Source: Eledone cirrhosa (Eukaryota). Taken from it: 64,000 nt of DNA. Positions 38,069 to 52,098 of this stretch are shown here, piece after piece. Numbering within the stretch: position 1 is the stretch's first letter; each line of letters starts with the position of its first letter. Location: contig OZ024744.1 of assembly GCA_964016885.1 (NCBI GenBank), forward strand, positions 7,378,001 through 7,442,000. Direction: 5' to 3'. Both the position numbers and the translations under genes were made by a program. The notes under the pieces are model-generated. The model made no database searches, had not been told where the DNA came from, and saw only the letters and a list, made by a program, of their open reading frames with translations.

Positions 38069-38639
38069 ATGTATGTGTGTATGTCTGTGTGCGTCTGTAT
38101 GTTAGTCAGTCTGTGTGTGTGTGTGTGTTTGTCAGTGCGTGTTACTGTGTGCTTGTATCTGTGAGTATGTGCGTGAGTATGTGCGTGATTGTGTGTGAGT
38201 GTGTGTGAGATTGTGAGTGTGTGTGAGTGAGAGTGTGAGTGTGGGTGTGTGTGTGTGGTTTTATAAGTGTGTGTCTGAGTTGTGTGTGTGAGTGCATGTG
38301 CGTGTGAATCTGCCGTGTGTGTCGTGAGTGTGTGTATATGTCTGTTGTGTGTCTGCCGTGTGTGTATGCGTGTTTATGAGTATGTCTGTCATGAGTGTGT
38401 GTGTGTGAGTGTGTATGTGTGTGTATGTGTGGGTGTGAGAGTGTGTATGGGTATGTGTGTGTGTCTGTCGTGTGTGTGAGTGTTTATGTGTGTGTATGTG
38501 TTTGTGTGTGTGAGTGTGTATGTGTGTGTCTGTCGTGTGAGTGTGTGAATGAGTGTGTGTGCGTGTAAGGGGTGTAAAGCTGAAAAATATAGAAATATAC
38601 ATAGAAAGGCTGCTGTCCTAGAAACCAGATACAATTTCA

Positions 38640-39270
38640 AGTTTCTAAGCAGGAAAGCAGGTGAGATTTACTGACAGAGAAGTTGGTAAGTTGCCAACAC
38701 ACGGAGGAGAGACTCCATAACTGATGAGACTTCTAATTACGCGTTTTGTAAAGATTTTTACGAATTTGTTGGACACTTGGTCCGAACACAGAAGAACCGA
38801 ACTCCCACTGACATCGCCTCCATCACTCTCGCCCTCCCCATCTCTCACTATTATGAGCAAATGGGGTCCCACGTGCTGGCCTACCCACAGTCCCGGCTGA
38901 CAGGGTGGAGACGGCGTTTCCCCGGAGGATGGTAAGGGGGATGCGCTGGAAGAGCCATTCCATCTCGTGAGGCTCATACCTGCGGCTGGTCAGCTCAGCG
39001 CCTATGGTGGTGAATAGAGAGGTAGCCCTAGGGCCAAGGACACCAGAAGTCTCCACTGCCAAGGGCACGACCGCAGGCTTGTCGGAGAGCGACCGGTACT
39101 TGGAGAGTTTGGCCTCCTCAGCCCGACGTGCAGCAGTACCTGGGCCAGTCACATACTGCACCAGGTTGCGGCTGAAGAAAGTGTCGGTGTAAGTGGCATC
39201 CCAGACGAGGGGTTTACCACCGTAGGACGGGAAGATGGTCATACCGTCTGACCTTTTGCCATCCCGCAGT
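38640..39270 (-). mobile_element. 3' fragment of a CRE-like non-LTR element (restriction-like endonuclease)
   Basis: DGKRSDGMTIFP..GKPLVWDATYTDT..AARRAEEAKLSKY..PLAVETSGVLG..LFQRIPLTILRGNA matches the typical CRE-clade RLE C-terminus. Confidence 0.75.
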
Positions 39271-39592
39271 CTAACTCCCCAATTCTCTCACACACATACA
39301 CTGACGCAAATACACACTCAGACTAACGCACACACACATTCACACACACAGACATTCATGTATATATATATATATGAATGCATATATATATGTATGTATG
39401 CATGTATGAATACATATATATATATATGAGTGTGTGTGCGTTTATGAGTGTGTGTGTATGTATATATATATATACATGCATACACACACATGCAGACACA
39501 CTCACGCACACACACACACAAACAGAGAAACACACAAACACTCATGTATATATATATATATATTTATTATTATTACTATTATTACTATATAA

Positions 39593-39656
<64 letters not shown>

Positions 39657-39824
39657 ATAATAATAAAATAAATTTGAAGATTAAAATCCAAAGAGGGCTC
39701 GATAAGGATAAATATATATCAAATATATAAGAACCGTAGAGCAAATATCTGTTATAGTAATAAATATATATATATATATATATACGATATTAATAAATGG
39801 AAACTATATTTATAAAACCATATT

Positions 39825-39889
39825 TATTTCATTATACATATTTCAGGGATACCACATTAAATTATGGTATGCCTTCATCAGACAAAATA
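39825..39889 (-). ncRNA. Hammerhead ribozyme in the inverted pLTR
   Basis: TATTTTGT-CTGATGA-AGGCATACCATA ATTTAA TGTGGTATCCCT-GAAA-TATGTA-TA-ATGAAATA. Confidence 0.82.
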
Positions 39890-42517
39890 CAATATATAAC
39901 AGTTTTACAAATAGGTTTGACGTACCCTTTAAAATACAACCATTACTTTTGGAGGCTGTCTGGATAGTGATTTGTTCATATAATAAGTCATAGTGTTAAG
40001 CACAATTAGAAAAAGATGGAGAGAAAGAAAGAGAAAAGAACAAAGACAGAGAAAGAGAAAGAAAGAAAAGAGAAAGAAAACCTGGAGAAATATCGGAGAG
40101 AGAGAGAGAGATGTATGGAGAAAAAAAATATATTTAATGAAAAAGCGCAGTATTACAACGAAGCATTATCTAGAGCTGGATATAGAAATAAAATTAAATA
40201 CATCGATAATAATAATAATAAGCAAACTAACCAAAATAATAACAGTTTCAATTACTGTAACAACTTTAACAACTATAATAGAAAACATTACAATAATTCC
40301 AAAAGTCGAAAAAGAAATAGAACTAGAAATATATTATGGTTTGCTCCCCCTTTCTCACTAAATATTAAAACCCCTCTTGCTAAACTATTCTTTAAAGCTC
40401 TTGACAAACGCTTCCCTAGAACACATAAATATCACTCAATTTTTAATAGACACACTATAAAATTAACTTACTCGTCCACCAAAAACTTAGCACAAAATAT
40501 TAATAGAATTAATAATAGGAATTTAAAACCTAACCAAAATACCAATAATAACCCAAACAATATTCAATTAAATAACTGTAACTGTAGAAATAAATCTAAC
40601 TGTCCGTTAAGTAACAACTGCTTAGCTAAAAATGTAGTGAACAATTGTAATGTTAAAACTAATTTAAATTCATTTAACTATGTTGGTTCCACCTCTACAG
40701 AATTTAAATTTCGCTTCAATAATCATAAGAATTCTTTCACAGATCCAAACAAAAAATCTTCGCTATCTAGCCTACTATGGGACCTAAAACGAGATAATAT
40801 TAAATATTCGATGAATACTACTTTTAATTCCTCTTCAGAAAATTGTGATCTTTGTATTGAAGAAATATTCTTTATATTAAAGTCCAAAAATTCCCTTAAT
40901 CTGAGGAACAACTTATTCAGTTGCTGCAGACATAGATCGAACTCAACGTTTAAATATAAATATAAATTTAAAATGTAGTATAATTAATTAAGTAATTTTA
41001 GTTAATATATAGAACCTGTCGATAATCCATTAGATTCCTTCACCTTTTTCTTTTTAAACTTTCTTCCTAAATATAAACATGGATATAATAAACTACTCTA
41101 AAATGTCTATGCTTCCAATGTATTAAATAAAATGTACGTAAGGTAAATTTCTATATTAAATATAAGGTTATCTGTAGAATCATTGGGTTTTTTAAATTTT
41201 TTAAATCTTTTAAATTATTTTTATTTGTTTTGATTATGATAGCTTCTCATAACTTTCACAAGTCTACCCTCTCAATATCTTGATTGAGATATACGTAGGA
41301 TAAATTTCTATACTAAATATATGAAACATATTATTTTAACTCTATAGTGTTTTAATGATATTTAATGCTTTGATATTTCTAGATTTCTTTTGACGATATA
41401 GTTGCATTTCCAAAATATATTCCTTTGGTATTTTAAATTTGTATTGTTATGATTATATTTACAAATTATAATCCTTTGGTAATTTATTGATATTGGAATA
41501 TCTCTATACAAATGCATATGTGTGTATTAACATGCCTAGAAAGTGTTATAGATTTTTTGTGTTTGTATATGTGTCTGTATATATACATGAGTGATGCATG
41601 AGGACGCACGCAAATATTTATTTATACATATGTATGTGTATATATGTATGTGTATATATCTATGTGGTTGAGAGGTATGTTACAGATGTGCATAATATTA
41701 AACACATGAATGGTAATCGTATATATGAGGACATGATTGTTAATCGTATATATTTGTATATATATACTGTGAAATTTTTATAACACAATGAGTGTATAGC
41801 AGTGATTAAGAGAAATCATTTACATTTTGTATGGCTATATTGTTGGCTTGAGTAAACTTAATTTCTATTTTCAGGACGTGCGTATCTATATGTATGTATA
41901 TATATACATATATATTTGTATGTCTTTGCCTAAAATACTAATCTCTATAGCAAGGGTACATTTTGAACTCAGATTTTGGTATATTGATCTCAAGTTTCTA
42001 AACTAAATATGTGGTCATTATTGAACAATGTTTAATTTCTCATATTATATATCTATGTCCCATTCATGAATATTGATACTTATATTTATATTTTTATTAT
42101 TCATTTCATATAAATTGTTAACTCAACTTAATATGACATGACGTAAAGTTGTCACTGTCCCCCTCTCTCTATATAGTATTTCTCTCTCTTGAGTTTCTCT
42201 TTCTGTATGATGACTTGATATCTCTCTGTTGCTTTCCTTTGTTTTTCTTATTCCTTCCTTTTCTTTCTTTTTTATTTCCTCCTATCTTTATCTATCTCTT
42301 TTTTTCTCCATGCATCTCTCTCTCTCCGCTATTTCTCCAGGTTTTCTTTCTCTCTCTCTGTCTTTGTTCTTTTCTCTTTCTTTCTCTCCATCTTTTTCTA
42401 ATTGTGCTTAACACTATGACTTATTATATAAACAAATCACTATCCAGACAGCCTCCAAAAGTAATGGTTGTATTTTAAAGGGTACGCCAAAGCTATTTGT
42501 AAAACTGTTATATATTG

Positions 42518-42582
42518 TATTTTGTCTGATGAAGGCATACCATAATTTAATGTGGTATCTCTGAAATATGTATAATGAAATA
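42518..42582 (+). ncRNA. Hammerhead ribozyme in the 3' pLTR
   Basis: 8-bp stem I (2 G.U), CTGATGA, long stem II, GAAA, minimal TATGTA stem III, AUA triplet. Confidence 0.82.
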
Positions 42583-42732
42583 AATATGGTTTTATAAATA
42601 TAGTTTCCATTTATTAATATCGTATATCTACTCCAAACATTTGTCGAGTGCTTTATATCAGTTATAAAAATATTTACTTGTTGTATCCCAACAACTTTAA
42701 ATAGAACGTTTGCATATATATATATATATATA

Positions 42733-42921
42733 CGTTATTCCGGGTGGAATCGGAGGTAACCACAGTAAGTAAGGTACTCAATACATAGCAGAGTATAACA
42801 GTTTTAATATAGATGAGATTCTACAGGACTAGAACTGTTTCATTCATTAGAAATCATCAGGAATCTGATGATTTCTAATGAATGAAACAGTTCTAGTCCT
42901 GTAGAATCTCATCTATATTAA

Positions 42922-42925
<4 letters not shown>
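42733..42925 (-). mobile_element. Palindromic PLE-terminus-like mini element
   Basis: Arms 42800-42860 / 42865-42925 with an unpaired extension 42733-42799; (TA)n on both sides. Confidence 0.78.
42817..42865 (-). ncRNA. Complete type I hammerhead ribozyme
   Basis: GATTC-CTGATGA-T TTC TAAT GAA T-GAAA-CAG TTCTAGTC CTG-TA-GAATC. Confidence 0.85.
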
Positions 42926-42955
<30 letters not shown>

Positions 42956-43087
42956 ATAATAACTAGAAATTGATTGATTAATATATATATATATATATAA
43001 TAACTAGAAATTGATTGATATAAACATGAATAATCACAGGAGATAGTTTATCTTAATTTATCTTCATTTAGTATATATATATATATA

Positions 43088-43220
43088 ACGAAGGAAAAGT
43101 GGTAAGGAACCAGGTGGACCATAACGCACCAAAGTACTCAATACTTAGGGTAGTAGAGTGGGTAATAGGAACAAGTAAGACCCCGACGGTTGAGCTCAGC
43201 CGTCGGGGGTCTTACTTGTT

Positions 43221-43226
<6 letters not shown>
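43088..43226 (-). mobile_element. Mini element of the 27318 family, palindrome centred on the HHR stem III loop
   Basis: Palindrome 43165-43226 centred on GAGCTC (43192-43197); (TA)n flanks. Confidence 0.72.
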
Positions 43227-43311
<85 letters not shown>

Positions 43312-43321
43312 ATATATATTT

Positions 43322-44316
<995 letters not shown>

Positions 44317-44369
44317 TGTGTGCGTATGAATAGGGAGAAAAAGACGATTTACCTACACATGTAAAAAAA

Positions 44370-46400
44370 CAGGAAGAGATATCTGGCGATTGCTTCATCC
44401 TCTGGCATGAAAGTATAGATAGACTGATTGAGTTCAAAACCCTTCTGAACGTAGCCCCCTCATACGCCACCCTTGTCTTGTGATATTTGGAAACCACTCT
44501 CTACCGCAAAGTTCTAGACAAATATGGTAACCACTTCTACCTACACATAGAAAAGAACTGGAAGAGATATCTGGACAACTGCTTCATCCTCTGGCATGAA
44601 AGTATAGAAAGACTGATTGAGTTTAAAACTCTTCTAAATGGACGCAACATAAACTTACAATTTACAATGGATTACAGCCATGAACAATTCCCTTTCCTCG
44701 ACATCCTCATCAATAAAACAGACAACAAAATAGAAACAGACATATACTACAAACCCACAGACTCCAAACAATACCTTCCATTCAACTGGTGCCACACTCG
44801 ACATACTAAAATGACAATTCTTTATAATCTAGCCAGAAGGATCTGCACAATAGTTTCAGATAAATACACATGCTACATACCACTAGAAGAATTAAAGAAT
44901 ACACTCATCAGCAGAAACTACCCACCATCCCTAATCAACAATGGATTCCAACGTGCCCTAAAATACGACATCCAGGAACTCAGACACCCCAAAGCCAGGA
45001 ATGAACAGATACAGAAAACTCTAACATACATCTCCACACACAACCTCCTCATCGATGATGTATTCGACACCATCCTCCAGAACATTCCTTTATTAAAAAG
45101 AGACACAAGCATAAAGAGCAAAAGACAACATAAATCCATAAAAAACATCCTCACACAAGCCAAAATCCCACCAATCCTCACTATGAACCCTTCAGTAAAA
45201 AGATGCGGAAGGCCCAACTGTGGCATATGCATAAATCTAATAGAAGGTTCAAATTCCATTTTAAACAAGGACAACATTTCACAGTTAAATACAACTTTAG
45301 ATGTGCATCTGAAAACCTAAATCTATGTTTTGACCTGCTCAGGTTGTCAAGAGCACTACATAGGACAGACAAAAAACAGTCTCCGACAACGTATGACCGT
45401 CCATAGATCACAAATCAAAATGCAGGAATACAGAAAGATTGCTTTTAGTGAACATATCGCCAATTGTGCATCTAACCAACATCCAAACTTTAAAATTGTC
45501 CCTATTTACAAATTCATAGACAATGCTTCTTTCATCCATCGTACCAATAAGGAAACGTACTTCATTAACAATTCCAACCTCTACTTAATGGACTAAACTT
45601 CGGACTAAACTAAAACTGGAACGAAAAATGAACCAAAGCCCCAAATTCTTTGTTCTCTAAAGAGTTACCTCCCTCACACCCTACCTAATCCTTTTTCTTA
45701 TATAATTGAATTACCCCCTCTCATCTCTCTCTCCCCTACCCGACCACCCTGAATTACCTCCCTCTGCATATTAACTCTCTAAAATGGGAAAACATATCCA
45801 ACCCCAGACTACCATTTGCCTCCATCATGGACCAACCAAGCGCTCTTGCCATAATAACACTTTTCCGACTGCTTATCCTCAAAAACTATGCCTGTAAATA
45901 ATTGTTTCTACTTTAGGCACAAGGCCAGCAATTAGCCAGTGCGTTACTGGTACTTTATTTTATCGACCCCGTAAGGTTGAAAGGCAAAGTCAACCTCGGC
46001 GGGATTTGAACTCAGATCGTAAAGGGACGTAACTATGCTGGAAAGCATGGCGTCCGACCCTCTACCGTTACTGCCAATCCACCGCCATTTATGCATGTAA
46101 ATAATAATATTCTTTCTTTCCCATTACCTTATCATGTTCCACAGCACACCTTTTTTTTTTTCTTTTTACTTCAAAAACCTTCTTTGTAAATAATATTATT
46201 CTTTCTTCCCCATTTCGTTGACATGTTCAACATTACATTATCTTCTCTCCTACATTTTATACCAATACAAATTCGCCCCTTTGATAATCCATAAAATGCT
46301 GAAACCGGTAAGAGATAATTATTAAATATATACATAAATAAATAAATGCTATTGTTAATTAATAAATAATTTAACTAATACCTTAACACTTCACACAAAG
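44370..46400 (+). mobile_element. Decayed Penelope-like element (RT C-terminus + GIY-YIG; Neptune-like)
   Basis: WKRYLDNCF, PFLDILI, TDIYYKPTD, CGRPNCGIC, LIYVLTCSGCQEHYIGQT; degenerate HHR TTGATAA-T CCAT AAA ATGC T-GAAACCGGTA at about 46281-46311. Confidence 0.85.
45903..46089 (-). mobile_element. Full SINE with 16-bp TSD (1 mismatch)
   Basis: Same family as 32958; TATGCCTGTAAATAAT 45887-45902 / TATGCATGTAAATAAT 46090-46105. Confidence 0.9.
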
Positions 46401-46496
46401 TAAAATATTTTGTTTTAAACATTTTCTAACCAAGAAAAAAGAGAAAAAAATAGGAAAAAAATATATATTTCTTCCTAATAATCGTCTTTTTCTCCC

Positions 46497-46626
<130 letters not shown>

Positions 46627-46647
46627 AATATATATAAATGTATGTAT

Positions 46648-46822
46648 GTTATCTCTTTCTCTTAATTTCGAGTATATTTTTTTGACCGGCCACCTTCCTG
46701 GTGGCAAGGTTGTAAATGAAAAGAAATTGTCATCCCTTGAATCGCAAGAATGTTTTGCAAATTTTGAAGGTGCCAGCTATCGCAGCCATTTGTAGACTAT
46801 GAATTAGGGAGCTGCGCTTTTT
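46648..46822 (-). mobile_element. 3' end of R4-like family C
   Basis: Nearly identical to 16674-16845; embedded in (TATG)n. Confidence 0.72.
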
Positions 46823-46925
46823 GTATGTATGTATGTATGTATCTATGTATGTATGTATGTATGTATGTATGTATGTATGTATGTATGTATGTATGTATGT
46901 ATCATGTATGTATGTATGTATGTAC

Positions 46926-47105
46926 CATGGCCCCAGCACTATGTGTCAATGATTGTCACAAGTGTAGTGTTTGTACCAGAGTTTTCAAGTCGCTGGCTGG
47001 ACTAAAAAGTCACACTCGTTTAGCACATCAGTAGGGGTTCTCCTACATGGATATAAAGTAGTGGCCGTACTCGAAAACGAGTTGGCAGCCACCATGTATG
47101 TATGT
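46926..47105 (+). mobile_element. 3' part of RTE-derived family 1
   Basis: Matches 17325-17505; preceded and followed by (TATG)n. Confidence 0.85.
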
Positions 47106-47320
47106 ATATATCATATAAGAAATGGAGAATCAGTGGTGCGACGAATTAAAATTGATTAGACATATTACAATCGTTTCTCTGGCGACCAGCTCGATCGATG
47201 CGAGGATCGAACCTGACTACGAAATCGCAAGATCCTCAGATATGTCTCGATCTTTCGAAGCCAAGTTTCAATTTGGAAACTCTGCTTCGCAGAAAGAGAC
47301 GTATCTGAGGATCTTGTTCT

Positions 47321-47367
<47 letters not shown>

Positions 47368-47398
47368 GGGAGAGAGAGACAAAGAGGAAGTGGGAGAC

Positions 47399-47451
<53 letters not shown>

Positions 47452-47529
47452 GAGAGAGAGAGGAATATACTGACGTGAATGCGGAGACATAAAATACATA
47501 CATTTATATATTGCATGGTTCTCAGAGCG

Positions 47530-50500
47530 GACACATCGACTGTCAATAACAACGGGCGACTTACTCCTTAAAACCACTAAAGCAATCGACCAGTGCTACC
47601 ACTCCAGAGTCCAATACGAGAAAAAACGGCTCAAGTGGAAATATGAGTGGATCTTGTCTAAACTCCACAACGAGAACACCGACACTAAGAAACAGACAGA
47701 CCATAACCACATGGAAAACAACAACGTAACAACCGTCACCACCACATCCACCAACACCGAGCCACACCTTAAAGATGCGACGCACCTGGCCACCGACCTA
47801 ACCGGCACTCTCACGAACGACGAGCTGAAACTCTTACACCTCGGACCCAAGTTCATCGTCTCACAACGACTCGACGACAGACTCAAACTCAACATCGAAG
47901 CCACCTTCTGTCGAGCCGCTTACCAACTTAAATGGGTGACCGCCATCAACAGCGCCACGTAAAATAACAAAGCCCACGCAACCCACCCCAAGTTCCCCAC
48001 TTACCACCCCGACAACTCACTCCATCCCCCACCCACCAACCACGAACTCGACACTAAACTCATCAGGCTAAAACACTCCATCTCGGATATACTTCACAAA
48101 CACACACACACACACACGCACAACACATAACCTCACCAAATCTCAACTCACCACCCTCTCCAACCTGAAATCAAAGGACCTCATTTACTTCCCCTCCGAC
48201 AAGGGAAACAAATTCTGCGTCATCAGCAGAGAGGCCTACAACACCCTGGCCCTCCAACACCTTGACAATGACAACCTCTACTCCAAGGTCACGGGAATCA
48301 CTCCCGCGCAGATAGAAGAGCACATCAACACCGCCTGGACCAACATCTGCGACAGGCGGAAGCTCCCGAAGAAGCTGAGATATAACCTCCTCACGAGGAA
48401 CAGCAGACTACTCGCCTTCTACCACCTCGTTAAAACACACAAACAGGGACCCGACCTGAAGATCAGGTCCATTGTATCGAGCGTGGAAGGACCGCTCTAC
48501 TAAATGTCATGGCTCCTAGTCAGAATACTCAAACCCATACAAGACACCTTGCCGGGACACGTAAACAGCTCCGAGGAGGTGTTGGAGCGCCTGCATCAAA
48601 TGGATCCCGACACCAGAAAGGCTAACAGATATGCCTTCAGCCTTGATGTGGTCGCTCTTTACACCTCGGTCCCGGCGCTCCCGGCCGTTGATATACTGAT
48701 GGAACGCGTCTAATCCACCGACCTACACTGCATCGGGCTCACCACCACTGACAACCACCAACTCCTATCCATCGTCGTTGACAACACATCGGATTCCTTG
48801 ACCAAACATACCAACAAACCTCGGGACTCCCCATGGGCTCAAGCCTGTCGGGTGTGCTAGCGATCTCATACATGAAAAACCTCGAGCGCAAGGCACTCAA
48901 CGCCTGCCACCCCAATGCCGTCGCCTTTTTCTCAAGGTACGTGGACGACATCCTCATCCTCACATCTTCCCAAGACATGGCGAACAGAATCTGAGATGTT
49001 CAACAACACGGACGAGAACATTGATTTCAGTGTTAAACTCCCCAGAGACGACGGGTCACTTGCCCTCCTCGACTTCCGAATCAACATCACGGAACAGGGA
49101 CGGATCCACTACAACTTCTACCAAAAGGCAGCCTGCAGGGATCTGTTCGTCCACTACAAGTCCGCCCTCCCTAACAGTGCTAGGGAGGGCGGACTTGTAG
49201 CGGACGAACAGATCCCTGCAGGCTGCCTTTTGGTAGAAGTTGTAGTGGATCCCTCCCTGTTCCGTGATGTTGATTCGGAAGTCGAGGAGGGCAAATGAAC
49301 CGTCGTCGCTGGGGTGTTCAACACTGAAATCAATGTTCCCGTCCGTGTTGTTGAACATCTCATAGATTCTGTTCGCCATGTCTTGGGAAGATGTGAGGAT
49401 GAGGATGTCATCACGAACGAGATCACGCGAATTGAAAACAGATACAGCGATCCCACGAGTGGTGTCATTCATAACAAGCGATTCCTCGAAGTGGGGAGAC
49501 GAACGGGTACCCTGCCTCACTCACAAACAGAATAAGAGACACCAGACACAAGAGGCAGAGAAACACCCAAGGCAAATGCTTCCTTAAAATACCACACCTG
49601 GGCGAGAATGCCACCAACGCTATCCGCAAGGCTATACGGAGGGAGGGCCTCGACATCCACCTGGTCCACTCAGGCCCCTCCCTGCGAAGATGCCTCTCCA
49701 GGAAACCCGGGAAATCAACTGACGCGTGCTCCCTCAGAAACTGCCCGATGCGCCATACGAACTGTTGCCTACGCACATACATCGTGTATAAGATAGAATG
49801 TAACAAGTGCAACCACTACTATATAGGTAGCACAATCCGGCCGCTACACATCCGGATCAAGGAGCACATTAACACCAGGGCCTCGTCTTTCCGGAAACAC
49901 ATAACCAAATGCGGAAACAAAGACGGAAGGCCCATTGTCACAATTCTAGCGACAGAGAGAAACCACGTCGGCACGTTACGTATCAAGAAAGCACTTTGGA
50001 TCAAACGCCACAAATAAATAACCGATCCGAGAGAAGCGAAATGAGGTGGTTGGTTTAAGTAAACAAACGATGCAGCAACACACGCACACACACACAAGCG
50101 AGACAGCAACACACGCACACACACACACACACACACAGTAGCATTACACCATACGAACATACTACACTGCTAATACAGACGAACAAGGCAACAACACACG
50201 CGCACACACACACACACTCAAGCGAGACAACAACACACGCACACACACACACACACACACACAGTAACATTCACCAAACAGGCAGAGAATACTATCACAA
50301 CCACACACTATTCAACAGGGCAGATAATACAATGGACTGACAGCTAGCGCCACCCCACTCCCACAATTGAAAGAACTATTTCGGCCGCCGACCTCTGCTT
50401 GACCGACCCTATTTCACGCGCACACGCGCTCTGCTGAATACCTCAGATATTCAAAACAACGAACAGCGGAGGACACATTGCGCACCTTTCCGACAGACAA

Positions 50501-50620
50501 CGTCCCCCCCCCCCGGAAACTCACCAGTTGATGGATGTGAATCCGAAATATATAGGGACAATTAAATCTCCCCCAAGGTAACTATATCTCGTGTTATTAT
50601 TTTTATCCTTTACGCTCTTT
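47530..50620 (+). mobile_element. Decayed near-full-length Penelope-like element (RT + GIY-YIG; possibly Naiad-like)
   Basis: LHLGPKF, PSDKG, FYHLVKTHK, FSLDVVALYTSVP, GLPMGSSLSG, SRYVDDI, CSLRNCP..C..IVYKIECNKCNHYYIGST..LHIRIKEH; HHR-like remnant GGATGTGAATCC-GAAATATATA-GGGAC at about 50532-50559. Confidence 0.88.
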
Positions 50621-50756
50621 CCTACATTCTTCTACACGCTACACATCTCAACCTGCATTCACTTACATCTATCTCTCTACCACCGGATCTTGTTACCCGG
50701 AGATTTACCCATCTGCATTGTTGAGGCTTCCAAAACGACCTCAAGAAATATACCAT

Positions 50757-51199
50757 ATATATATATATAAAACAGAGAAAGGCTGTCTGTCTGTCTATCC
50801 GATCACTGAAACCCAAGAACCACCCTACCGATTGTTTTCAAACTTTAAACATGTAATACTTATGGTCCTGTGAGTGTTTTGAGCAAAGAAAATTTCGAAT
50901 TTTCAATGCCCTACGGACCGCATTAGGCGATTGAGCGATCTCTCTCTTTAAAACTCTTAGTCTTTCTCTTTTTAGATAGATACATAGATATAACGTTGCG
51001 CCCTTATAATATCTGTGTGTATGTCTGGCTGTCTGCATTACGACATTATGACGCTGTGTGTGTGTGCGCGTGTATATATATAACGTTTTCCGAAATATTT
51101 ACTTCTGCGTTCACAGATTGATATTTTCAGCTTTAGAAGATCCCGTTAAGAATGAAAGCACCGATTCTTTCCTCAAATTTTAATCTGTTATTTTAATCT

Positions 51200-51248
<49 letters not shown>

Positions 51249-51392
51249 TATGCGTGTACAGAAATTTTTGCATACACAATAACAAAATATAAACAAAAGT
51301 ATTTATTTCACGAGGCTCGATAAGGATAAATATATATCAATTAAATAAGAACCCTAGAGCAAAACCCGAGCAACGCCGGGTGTTTCTGCTAG
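50757..51392 (+). mobile_element. Non-autonomous Helitron-like element
   Basis: TATATATAAAA..(CTGT)n 5' region (TC terminus not seen); 3' CCCGAGCAACGCCGGG hairpin + CTAG|T. Confidence 0.55.
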
Positions 51393-52014
51393 TATATATA
51401 TATATAATATATAATATATGTGTGTGTGTGTGTATAGATATATATGAATGTTTGTATTAATATATGTATGTATGCATGTACATATACGTATATATATATA
51501 TACATAAACATTACATGCATAAACACATACATATAAATACATACATGCATATATTAATACAAACAGACACACACACACACATACATACATTCATACACAC
51601 ATACATATACATATATATACAAATACACAGATACATTCATACATACATATATACATACATACATATATGCATACATACATGCATGCATACATACATAGAG
51701 ATAGGGATGCAGGCAAAACACCTAGATGTAACAAGAGCAAAACCCGAGCAACGCCGTGTCATTCTGCTAGTATATATATATAATATATATGTGTGTGTCT
51801 GTGTGTATAGATATATATGCATGTTTGTATTAATATATGTATGTATGTACATATACGTATATATATACATAAACATTACATGCATAAACACATACATATA
51901 AATACATACATACATATATTAGTACAAACATACACACACACATACATACATTCATACCCACATACATATACATATAGATACAAATACACAGATACTTTCA
52001 TACATACATATATC

Positions 52015-52046
<32 letters not shown>

Positions 52047-52098
52047 CATACATGCATACATACATATAGATAGGGATGCAGGCAAAACACCTAGATGT
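51356..52098. repeat. Tandem duplication, about 375-bp unit
   Basis: AGAGCAAAACCCGAGCAACGCCG...GATAGGGATGCAGGCAAAACACCTAGATGT occurs at 51356-51729 and 51734-52098. Confidence 0.85.

Larger units (their letters stand above)
39781..42712 (+). mobile_element. 5'-truncated Penelope-like element with 3' pLTR and inverted 5' pLTR copy
   Basis: GIY-YIG ORF (element-derived part about 40130-40978): WFAPPFS, CNCRNKSNCPLSNNC, YVGSTSTEFKFRFNNH; 39781-40128 is the reverse complement of 42298-42626. Confidence 0.88.

Noticed and set aside
33843-38208. 1408-aa and 1440-aa Cys/Val/Gly-rich ORFs
   Set aside because: Open in all plus frames only because the minisatellite lacks stop codons.
49700-49830. Selenocysteine recoding as reported for some Naiad PLEs
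   Set aside because: The Cys positions of the linker and GIY-YIG motifs are TGC/TGT; no in-frame TGA there.
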